Assembly: GCA_051004925.1 (NCBI GenBank)
Contig: JBPCJV010000256.1
Location: 1 to 30,291, forward strand
Direction: 5' to 3'
DNA: 30,291 nucleotides
DNA from: Acidimicrobiales bacterium
GTDB lineage: Bacteria; Actinomycetota; Acidimicrobiia; Acidimicrobiales; AC-14
Translations under genes and position numbers: made by a program
Notes under the pieces: generated by a model
The model's input: only the letters and a program-made list of their open reading frames with translations
Database searches by the model: none
What the model was told of the DNA's origin: nothing
Shown: in pieces, positions 23,322-30,291 of the stretch
Layout of the letters: each line of letters starts with the position of its first letter
Numbering within the stretch: the first letter of the stretch is position 1

Positions 23322-26186
23322 CTACTTCAGCAACTCCTGGAGCAGTTGTTCGCACTCGGGGGTCGGGCTGAGGTCGAGGTCGCCCAGGCGGGCCTGCAGC
23401 CGGCGGAAGGTGGCGTCGACCTCGTCGGGCCGGAACTGCTTGGCGTGGAGGCGCATGATCCGCCGGTAGAGCTGCTCGGCCACCGGGTCGACCTCGACGG
23501 CGTGGGAGAGGGCGTCGAGGGCGCCGCGCACGTCGGCGGCCACCAGTCGGGTGGCGGCCAGCGACACGAGTACGTCGACGGCCCGCCGCCGCAGGTCCTC
23601 ACGGGGCACGTCGGCCCACGCCCAGTCGACGCCGGCCAGCAGTTCGCCTCCGTACAGGTCGGCGGCGCTCTCCAGGGCCGCGGCCCACTCGGGGTCGTTG
23701 GTGCCGGCGCCGGGCTGGGGCAGCGCGGCCTGGAACCGCCAGAGGTCGACGTCGAAGACCGGTTCGATCCGGTAGCTGTCGCCGTCGCGCTCGACGATCT
23801 TGAGGGCCTTGGTGCCCGTGACGTTGCGGAGGAGGCTGCGCAGGTTTCCGAGCGCGGTCCAGAACCACTCCGAGCCGCGCCCCGGATCGGCCTCGGGCCA
23901 AAGGGCCTCGGTGGCCACGTCGAGGGTGGTGCCTTCGGGGTGGAGCAGGTAGAAGGCCAGCAGCTCCCGGGCCTTGGCCCGCAGGCCGCTGCGGATCTCC
24001 TCGCCGCCCACGTCGATGCGGTAGGGACCGAGCACCCGCACCTTGATCGGCGCCGGGGCGGCGCCGATCAGCACGGGGAACGGCTCGTCGGCCGGGTCGA
24101 CGACAGGCGTCACGTCGTCGTCGGTGCGGGCGGCGGCGAGCAGGTCGAGCAGCTCTGAGGCGGGACCGAGCCCCAGGCTGAACATCCGGCTCCCGGCGAG
24201 GTCGGGGGCCACGTCGGGGGGGGCGACGGTGCGGACACCACCCCCGGGCTGGAGGGTGGCCACAGTGGATCCGGGAAGGGCCTCGCCGACGGTCAGCACG
24301 GCCACGCCGAGGGGCCGGCCCCGTCGAGCCAGGTCGGCTAGCCGGTCAGCCTGTTGAGGAGCCACGGCGGGTGTGGCCAGGACGACAAGGGGCGTGGCGT
24401 CGTCGGGGCCGCGGCGGCGCGCCAGCTCGTCGTCGATCAGATCGAGGGCGGCGGCCAGCCCGTCCGTCCGCTCGAGGCCGGGGAAGGGGACGCCGGGCGG
24501 CAGGAGCTCGCCGGCGACGACGGCCCGACCGGATGCCGGCTCGTTCACGGCGAGGAAGGTGGTGACCAGGGCCCGGGCCGCGTCATGGGCATCGGGGCCC
24601 ACCAGGGCCAGGGGGCTGGTCGCGGCCAGGTCGACGGCCAGCTCCTGCCCGTCGCGCTCGGCCACGACGACGAACGCGGTCGCGGGCCGGCCCCCCCGCT
24701 CGGAGGGCCGCTCGGGCCCGCTACCCCGCTCGGAGGGCCGCTCGGGCCCCGCAGGATCGGCCCCGTTGGGGTTCCAGGCCAGGCCGGGTCGGGCCAGGGC
24801 GAAGCGCTCCAGGCGTCGGCTGACCTCGCCGGCGAAGGGGTCCTGCCGGAAGAGCCCGGCGGTGGGAGCCCCGGCCCGTCGCCGGCGGCGGCGGCGCAGG
24901 CGGGCTCGGCCGAGGGCGTCGCTCACACCCATGGCCAGCGTCGGCCCCACGGCCACCCCGGGGAGCACGCAGACAAGGCCGGACTCCTGTTCGGCCCCGG
25001 CGTCGGCGGCGGCGCGGTCCTCGGTGACGGTCTCGACCGCCGCGCCTCCGGCAGGGGCCTCCGCCGGTGGGGATACGGCCTCCGCCGCGGCCTCAGATTC
25101 GGCGCCTCCCAGGTCGGCGGGTCCTCGTTGGCTCCCGCCGGCGACGTCGGAGGCGGAGCCGGTCTCGGTCCGGTCATCCGCCGCCGGTGCGGGCAGGGGC
25201 GGGTCGGGAGGCGCGTCGTCGGGAAGGGGCGCATCGCCGGCCACGCCGGCCGGGCGGGTCGGAAGCGGGTCCGGGGCGACGGGAGGGGCCGCGACCTGGG
25301 CGGCGGTGACCGGTTCAGGCGCGGGAGGCGCCGGAGTCGGGGCGGCCGGCGCCAGCCATCGTTCCGCCGCTCGACGCACGGCCTCGTCGACCACGATGGT
25401 GAACCACTCGGCGGCCTCGTCCGGGGCCTCGTGGAGCTGCGACACCGGGTCGACCGCCCCACCGTCGTCCGCCGGCGCCGGGTCGGGATCGACCGCCAGG
25501 GCCGGGGTGAGGGCTTCGGCGACCGCGCCGGGAAGGGCCTCGGTGAGGGCGGCCCCGAGCTGGGCCACGGAGGCCCGCAGCTCGGCGACGGCGGCGCGGA
25601 CGGCGTTGTCGACCGTCGTGGCCACGGCGGCCTGCACGGCTTCGGCCACCAACCCGGGCAGTTGGGTGCGGGTGTCCCGCAGGGTGGCGGACTCGTTGCG
25701 AAGCTGGGCCGAGCAGCCCTCCAGCTCGGCGAGCGACGAGTTGAGCTCCTCCTCCTGGGCACCCGTGCTGCGCAGGAGGGCCTCCTCCTGGCGGGCCAGG
25801 CGCTGAGAGAGGCTGCGCAGGTTGGCGTTCACGGCGTCGAACTCCCCGCGTAGCCAGGCCAGGACCTCGGCTGCCGGGTCGGCCACGGGAGGCGGTGCCT
25901 CGGCCCAGCCACGCCCGGCCTGCTGATGGCCGTCTCCCGGCTCTGCCGGGCCCGCCACCCCGCTCGAAGGGCCGCTCGGGCCCGCGGGCTGGGTCATCTC
26001 GGCCTCGACCTCGGCGGCGATCTCGGCCTTGATCTCGGCCTCCACCTCGGAGACGGGCGCGGGCGCCGGCTCGCCCGCGTACGGGGCATCCCGATCGCGG
26101 TCGGACATCACCGGCGCGCGCGCGGTCGACGGTGCCTGCTGAGGCCGTCGCGATGGTCGACGAACTGGCCCATGAAGCCGTGACAC
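23322..26186 (-). CDS. Large regulator with a C-terminal wHTH-BTAD (SARP-like) module
   Basis: C-terminus VRVLGP...ARELLAFYLLHPEG...EALWP...VDLWRF...LYGGELL...AEQLYRRIMRLH. N-terminus is coiled-coil-like and Pro/Ala-rich. Alternative start is ATG 26108. Confidence 0.8.
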   Translation of the reverse strand: MSRLHGPVRRPSRRPQQAPSTARAPVMSDRDRDAPYAGEPAPAPVSEVEAEIKAEIAAEVEAEMTQPAGPSGPSSGVAGPAEPGDGHQQAGRGWAEAPPPVADPAAEVLAWLRGEFDAVNANLRSLSQRLARQEEALLRSTGAQEEELNSSLAELEGCSAQLRNESATLRDTRTQLPGLVAEAVQAAVATTVDNAVRAAVAELRASVAQLGAALTEALPGAVAEALTPALAVDPDPAPADDGGAVDPVSQLHEAPDEAAEWFTIVVDEAVRRAAERWLAPAAPTPAPPAPEPVTAAQVAAPPVAPDPLPTRPAGVAGDAPLPDDAPPDPPLPAPAADDRTETGSASDVAGGSQRGPADLGGAESEAAAEAVSPPAEAPAGGAAVETVTEDRAAADAGAEQESGLVCVLPGVAVGPTLAMGVSDALGRARLRRRRRRRAGAPTAGLFRQDPFAGEVSRRLERFALARPGLAWNPNGADPAGPERPSERGSGPERPSERGGRPATAFVVVAERDGQELAVDLAATSPLALVGPDAHDAARALVTTFLAVNEPASGRAVVAGELLPPGVPFPGLERTDGLAAALDLIDDELARRRGPDDATPLVVLATPAVAPQQADRLADLARRGRPLGVAVLTVGEALPGSTVATLQPGGGVRTVAPPDVAPDLAGSRMFSLGLGPASELLDLLAAARTDDDVTPVVDPADEPFPVLIGAAPAPIKVRVLGPYRIDVGGEEIRSGLRAKARELLAFYLLHPEGTTLDVATEALWPEADPGRGSEWFWTALGNLRSLLRNVTGTKALKIVERDGDSYRIEPVFDVDLWRFQAALPQPGAGTNDPEWAAALESAADLYGGELLAGVDWAWADVPREDLRRRAVDVLVSLAATRLVAADVRGALDALSHAVEVDPVAEQLYRRIMRLHAKQFRPDEVDATFRRLQARLGDLDLSPTPECEQLLQELLK
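24694..24749 (-). repeat. 30-bp tandem duplication holding two copies of the 26-bp intragenic motif
   Basis: ccccgctcggagggccgctcgggccc at 24694 and 24724; encodes GPERPSERG twice. Confidence 0.85.
25958..25985 (-). repeat. Dispersed intragenic repeat, N-terminal copy in the BTAD gene
   Basis: ccccgctcgaagggccgctcgggcccgc; one mismatch to the 24694 copy, but read in another frame (AGPSGPSSG). Confidence 0.8.
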
Positions 26187-26289
26187 CAGGCCATGAAGAG
26201 GGAGCTTACCGGCCGTGCCGGAGGCGACCCAAGGCCGGATCGCCGGTCGGCCGGAAGGCTACGTTCGTTGGGTGAGAACCACGCCGGCG

Positions 26290-27285
26290 ATGGACCGTCG
26301 CATCGACCTGGCCCACCTGCCCACGCCGCTCGAGCGGATGGACCGCCTCGGGGCCCACCTGGGCATGGCGCCCGGGCACCTCTGGGTGAAGCGCGACGAC
26401 ATGACGGGTCTGGCGGGCGGCGGCAACAAGGCCCGCAAACTCGAGTACCTGTGCGCCGACGCCCTCGACCGGGGCTGCGACACCCTCGTCACCGGCGGCG
26501 GGGCCCAGAGCAACCACGTGCGCATGACCGCAGCCGCCGCCAACCGCCTGGGGCTGGCCTGCACCATCGTCCTCAACGGCGAACGCCCCGAGCCCCCGAC
26601 CGGCAACGTGGTCCTCGACGAGCTGCTCGACCCCGAGATCGTATGGGCCGCCCGGCAGGGTGAGCTCGACTACTTCGGCATCGAGGCGGCTATCGAGAGC
26701 GCCTGCCGGCGACTGGAGGACTCGGGGCGCCGTCCCTACGCCATGCCCATCGGTGGGGCCAGCACCGTGGGCGCCCTCGGCTACGTCCGGGCCGCGGTCG
26801 AGCTCCGGGCCCAGGATCCTCGGTTCGACCTGGTGGTCGTGGCCGACGGCTCGGGCGGCACCCACGCCGGCCTGGTGGCGGGGCTCGGCGACCACCGCGC
26901 CGTGTACGGCGTCGACGTGGGAGCGCGGCCCAACCTCGACGAGACGGTGCCACCCAAGGCCGCCGAGGTCGCCGCCCTCGCCGGTCTTCCCGCCCCCGTC
27001 GGCGATCCCGGCCCGTCCGGGCTTCCGGCGGCGGTCATCGACCACGACCGCTTCGGTGCGGCCTACGGCGCCCAGACCGACGAGACCCGCCAGGCCCTGC
27101 GCCTGGCGGCGCGCTGCGAGGGCCTCATCCTCGACCCGGTGTACACGGGCAAGGCCATGGCCGGAATGGTGGCCGGCGTGTCGAGCGGCCGCGTCCCCGT
27201 CGATGCCCGGGTGGTTTTCGTGCACACCGGTGGGCTTCCCGCGCTGTTCGCGGCGGGATTTCCGGAGTGGCTCAGGCATGGGTGA
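26290..27285 (+). CDS. D-cysteine desulfhydrase / ACC deaminase family PLP enzyme
   Basis: PTPLE, WVKRDD, GGNKARKLEYL (PLP Lys), QSNHVR, GSGGTHAG, LDPVYTGKA and VHTGG. Confidence 0.9.
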   Translation: MDRRIDLAHLPTPLERMDRLGAHLGMAPGHLWVKRDDMTGLAGGGNKARKLEYLCADALDRGCDTLVTGGGAQSNHVRMTAAAANRLGLACTIVLNGERPEPPTGNVVLDELLDPEIVWAARQGELDYFGIEAAIESACRRLEDSGRRPYAMPIGGASTVGALGYVRAAVELRAQDPRFDLVVVADGSGGTHAGLVAGLGDHRAVYGVDVGARPNLDETVPPKAAEVAALAGLPAPVGDPGPSGLPAAVIDHDRFGAAYGAQTDETRQALRLAARCEGLILDPVYTGKAMAGMVAGVSSGRVPVDARVVFVHTGGLPALFAAGFPEWLRHG

Positions 27286-27334
27286 CCGGTCCGCTTTGAG
27301 CAAGAGCATGAGACCGCCGTATGGTCGCGGCAGG

Positions 27335-28222
27335 ATGGCCGACGAAACCGCAGTCAAGACCCGCAGTCGAATCTCGGCCTATGTGGCCCTGACGAAGCCA
27401 CGGATCATCGAGTTGTTGCTGGTGACGACGGTGCCCACGATGGTGGTCGCCGAGCGCGGGCTCCCGTCAGGCTGGTTGATCCTGGCCACGCTGGTGGGCG
27501 GCGCGCTGGCCGCCGCGGGGGCCAACACCATCAACATGTACGTCGACCGCGACATCGACAAGCTCATGAAGCGCACGAGCGGCCGGCCCCTCGTGACCGG
27601 CGCGATCTCCCCCACCGCCGCCCTGGTCTTCGCCGTCCTCCTCGAGTTGGCCGCCGTCGTGGAGCTGTGGCTGCTGGTCAACCCCCTCAGCGCCGCGCTG
27701 GCGGTGAGCGCCACGTTGTTCTACGTGTTCGTGTACACGCTTTGGCTGAAGCGCACCTCGTCGAACAACATCGTCATCGGCGGTGCCGCGGGCGCCGTGC
27801 CCGTGCTGGTCGGGTGGGCGGCGGTGACCAACTCGCTCGGTCTGGCCCCCATGGTCCTGTTCGCCATCATCTTCTACTGGACGCCCCCCCACTTCTGGGC
27901 CCTGGCCATCCGCTACCGCGAGGACTACGCGGCCGCCGCCGTGCCCATGCTCCCGGTGGTGGCGTCGTTCGCCCAGACCGCCCGCAAGATCGTCATCTAC
28001 ACCCTGATCCTCTGGGCCATCACCCTCGTGTTCTGGCCGGTGGGGAACATGGGCAACCTCTACCTGGCGGCCGCCATCCTGCTCGGCGGAGTGTTCACCT
28101 GGAAGGCCGTCCAGCTGGCCCGCAGCGGCACCACCGAGCGGGCCATGGGCCTGTTCGGGTGGTCGATCACCTACGTCACCCTGCTCTTCGGGGCGATGGC
28201 CGCCGACCAGCTCATCCAGTAG
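27335..28222 (+). CDS. ctaB: Protoheme IX farnesyltransferase (heme o synthase)
   Basis: LTKPRII, INMYVDRDIDKLMKRT..RPL, YT.WLKR, NIVIGGAAGA and WTPPHFWAL. Confidence 0.95.
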   Translation: MADETAVKTRSRISAYVALTKPRIIELLLVTTVPTMVVAERGLPSGWLILATLVGGALAAAGANTINMYVDRDIDKLMKRTSGRPLVTGAISPTAALVFAVLLELAAVVELWLLVNPLSAALAVSATLFYVFVYTLWLKRTSSNNIVIGGAAGAVPVLVGWAAVTNSLGLAPMVLFAIIFYWTPPHFWALAIRYREDYAAAAVPMLPVVASFAQTARKIVIYTLILWAITLVFWPVGNMGNLYLAAAILLGGVFTWKAVQLARSGTTERAMGLFGWSITYVTLLFGAMAADQLIQ

Positions 28223-28322
28223 TCCCCGCGGCTCCGTCACTGCCTGATGGTCGGCTGCGCCGACCGGGGCCGGCAGGCCCCGAGTCGATCCGCCGGGGGG
28301 CGTCTGTATAGAGTCCGCCGAG

Positions 28323-30047
28323 ATGTCTGCCACCGACACCACCGAGGAGCGGGAGGTCGAGGCCCCGGCTCCCGGGGAGCCCGCGGTCTCCGACCCCTGG
28401 CCGGCGGCCACCAACCACAAGGTGGTCGGAACTCTCTTCATTGTGCTCGGCATGCTGTCCCTCGTCGCCACGGGAGTGCTGGCGCTGGTGCTACGGGCGG
28501 AGGTCAGTGGCTCCGACGTCGGCCTGATCGGCGACACCACCTACCGCCAGGTGTTCACCCTGCACGGCGTGCTCGGCGTGTTCGGGTTCCTGGGCCCCGT
28601 CTGGGTCGGTCTGGCCACCGCCCTGGTGCCCCTCCAGATCGGAACCGCCCGCCTGGCCTTTCCCCGGCTCCAGCCCATGACCCTGTGGATGGCGGTGGTG
28701 GGCATCGCCATGATCGTGACCTCGCCGTTCCTCTCCGGCGCGGAGGCGATCAGCGGGTGGTCGCTCTCCGACCCCATCCCCGAAGGCGGCGCCTTCAGCG
28801 GCGACGGTCCCGACCTGCTCATCCTGGGCCTGGCCGTGGTGGCCGTGGCCCTCGTCGTGGCCGCCGTCAACCTCATGGTCACCGTGATCAAGATGCGGGC
28901 TCCCGGGCTCACCCTGCGACGCACCCCGCTGTTCTCGTGGTCGGTGCTGGTCTCGGGGTCGGTCATGATCCTCGCCCTGCCCGTTCTCGTCGGGGCCCTG
29001 GTCATGCTGTTCGTCGACCGCCGCTACGACTGCCACATCTCCAACGGGTTCACCGGCTCGGGCGGCGGCGACCCCCTGCTCTGGCCCCGCCTGTTCTGGT
29101 TCGCGGCCTACCCGGTGCTGTGGGCCCTGCTGTTGCCGGGCCTCGGGCTGGTGTCCGAGATCGTCCCCGTCTTCGCCCGCCGGCGCATGTTCTCCCACCA
29201 ACGGGCGGCCGCCGCCCTGGGGGCCGTCGGGGTGCTGGCCTTCGCCGGGTGGGGGAGCGAGCTGCCCGACCTGTCCCGGGCCCGAGTCCTGTTCGCCATC
29301 GGCGCCCTCGCCGTTCTTGCCCCCGTGGCGTTGCTGTTCCTCAACTGGCTGGCCACCATCGGCTCGGCCCTGCGGGAGCAGACCGTGAAGGTAGCCGAGC
29401 TGCTGAGCCCCCCAATGGTGTACGCCGGGGGCTTCATGGCCGTGCTCGCCCTGGGCCTGGCCGCCGGCGCCGTCGCCGCCGTCGGCGCCGGTACCGACCT
29501 CCACCGCAACTACTGGCAGGTGGCCACCCAGCACACGCTGTTCTTCGGGGCCGCAACCCTCGCCGTGGTGGCGGCACTGGCCTACTGGTCGCCCAAGCTC
29601 TGGGGCCACCACCTGTCGGAGAAGGGCAGCCTGCCCACTGCGGCCCTCCTGGTCGGGGGCATGGTGGTCACCTTCGGTGCCATGTTCGTGCTGGGTATCC
29701 AGGACATGCCCGTGCACCAGGCCGGGTTCGACGCCGACGGCGACTTCGGCTCCGCCAACCTCGTCTCCTCGATCGGGGCCGTCGTCACCGCCGTCGGTGT
29801 GCTGGCGTTCGCCTTCGACCTGGCTGTCAACGTCATCGGCCGTCGCGGCCGACCGGCCGGCGACGACCCCTGGTCGGGCCACACGCTCGAGTGGGCGACG
29901 TCGTCGCCCCCTCCGTCGTACAACTTCGACCGTCTACCCGAGATCCGCTCCGAGGCGCCCATGCTCGACCTGCGAACGACCCCGGCCGACTCCACCATGG
30001 ATGCGTCGGGGATCCCGACGGCCACGCTGGACCGGGCGGCCCACTGA
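28323..30047 (+). CDS. Degenerate cytochrome c oxidase subunit I homologue lacking the binuclear-centre ligands
   Basis: A-type scaffold motifs are present (TNHKVVG, TLHG, AFPRL, MRAPG, GGDP.L, W.PKLWG, DPW.G.TLEW...SPPP.YNF), but HPEVY, HH and the heme a3 His are replaced. Confidence 0.88.
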   Translation: MSATDTTEEREVEAPAPGEPAVSDPWPAATNHKVVGTLFIVLGMLSLVATGVLALVLRAEVSGSDVGLIGDTTYRQVFTLHGVLGVFGFLGPVWVGLATALVPLQIGTARLAFPRLQPMTLWMAVVGIAMIVTSPFLSGAEAISGWSLSDPIPEGGAFSGDGPDLLILGLAVVAVALVVAAVNLMVTVIKMRAPGLTLRRTPLFSWSVLVSGSVMILALPVLVGALVMLFVDRRYDCHISNGFTGSGGGDPLLWPRLFWFAAYPVLWALLLPGLGLVSEIVPVFARRRMFSHQRAAAALGAVGVLAFAGWGSELPDLSRARVLFAIGALAVLAPVALLFLNWLATIGSALREQTVKVAELLSPPMVYAGGFMAVLALGLAAGAVAAVGAGTDLHRNYWQVATQHTLFFGAATLAVVAALAYWSPKLWGHHLSEKGSLPTAALLVGGMVVTFGAMFVLGIQDMPVHQAGFDADGDFGSANLVSSIGAVVTAVGVLAFAFDLAVNVIGRRGRPAGDDPWSGHTLEWATSSPPPSYNFDRLPEIRSEAPMLDLRTTPADSTMDASGIPTATLDRAAH

Positions 30048-30291
30048 TGGCCGTCACCGCTCCCGTCCGGGCCACGGCCCCGCCCGCCGCCACCCCCGGG
30101 ACCTCCCTCCCCACCCTGCCCGCGGGGGCAGGGACGCCGGCGCCCGCCGGCCGACCGCATGGGACCACGCTCCTGGGCATGAAGCTCGTCATCGCCGCCG
30201 ACGCCATGGTGCTGGTGGCCCTGCTGGTGGCCTTCTTCGTCATCAAGGGGAGCTCGCCGGTATGGCCGGCGAGGGGAGTGAAGCTCGGCAC
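30047..30291 (+). CDS. Cytochrome c oxidase subunit III-like protein, partial
   Basis: Not in the track. ATG 30047 overlaps the previous stop (TGATG). Hand translation: ...GTTLLGMKLVIAADAMVLVALLVAFFVIKGSSPVWPARGVKLG, matching the subunit III 'LGM.L.I..E.M.F..L...Y......WP' pattern. Confidence 0.7.
   Translation, partial: MAVTAPVRATAPPAATPGTSLPTLPAGAGTPAPAGRPHGTTLLGMKLVIAADAMVLVALLVAFFVIKGSSPVWPARGVKLG

Noticed and set aside
26660-27334. N-terminal extension of heme o synthase (520-aa track ORF)
   Set aside because: The extension overlaps the desulfhydrase gene in another frame. Family similarity begins only after ATG 27335.
28323-30047. Calling the gene a functional ctaD, a cbb3 oxidase or a nitric oxide reductase
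   Set aside because: All of these need the conserved active-site His residues, which are absent. The scaffold motifs are A-type.

Overview
High-GC actinobacterial DNA; an Acidimicrobiia-like origin is my inference from gene style. The left ~6.5 kb looks accessory. It holds a partial DUF6933-like gene, then a 1.2-kb putative toxin-antitoxin cassette bracketed by two copies of a TTCTACC/GGTAGAA arm-like repeat. After that come a truncated, frameshifted AAA-ATPase and an uncharacterised redox trio: a monoheme c lipoprotein, a VioB-type ferritin-like protein and a His/Trp-rich partner. Next are a frameshifted GAF-GGDEF cyclase and a doubly deleted NmrA/AraC remnant. An ECF sigma-ogt pair converges on an AlkZ-like glycosylase, followed by a heme-oxygenase-like diiron protein, FKBP, GYD and an HPKTG surface protein. 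Further right are an anti-sigma/sigma-70 pair, ligC, treY-treZ, a PolX-like PHP protein, a phosphoesterase, a large BTAD regulator and a D-cysteine desulfhydrase-like enzyme. The window ends with ctaB followed by a full-length cytochrome c oxidase subunit I homologue. That protein keeps both low-spin heme His ligands but has lost every CuB/heme a3 ligand and the key proton-channel residues, and it is coupled to a subunit III-like gene. This pseudo-oxidase is the strongest candidate for an undescribed system. Other leads are a 26-bp motif found five times inside coding sequences, 27-bp tandem duplications over stop codons, and long REP-like hairpins. No database searches were run, so all family calls come from motif recognition.
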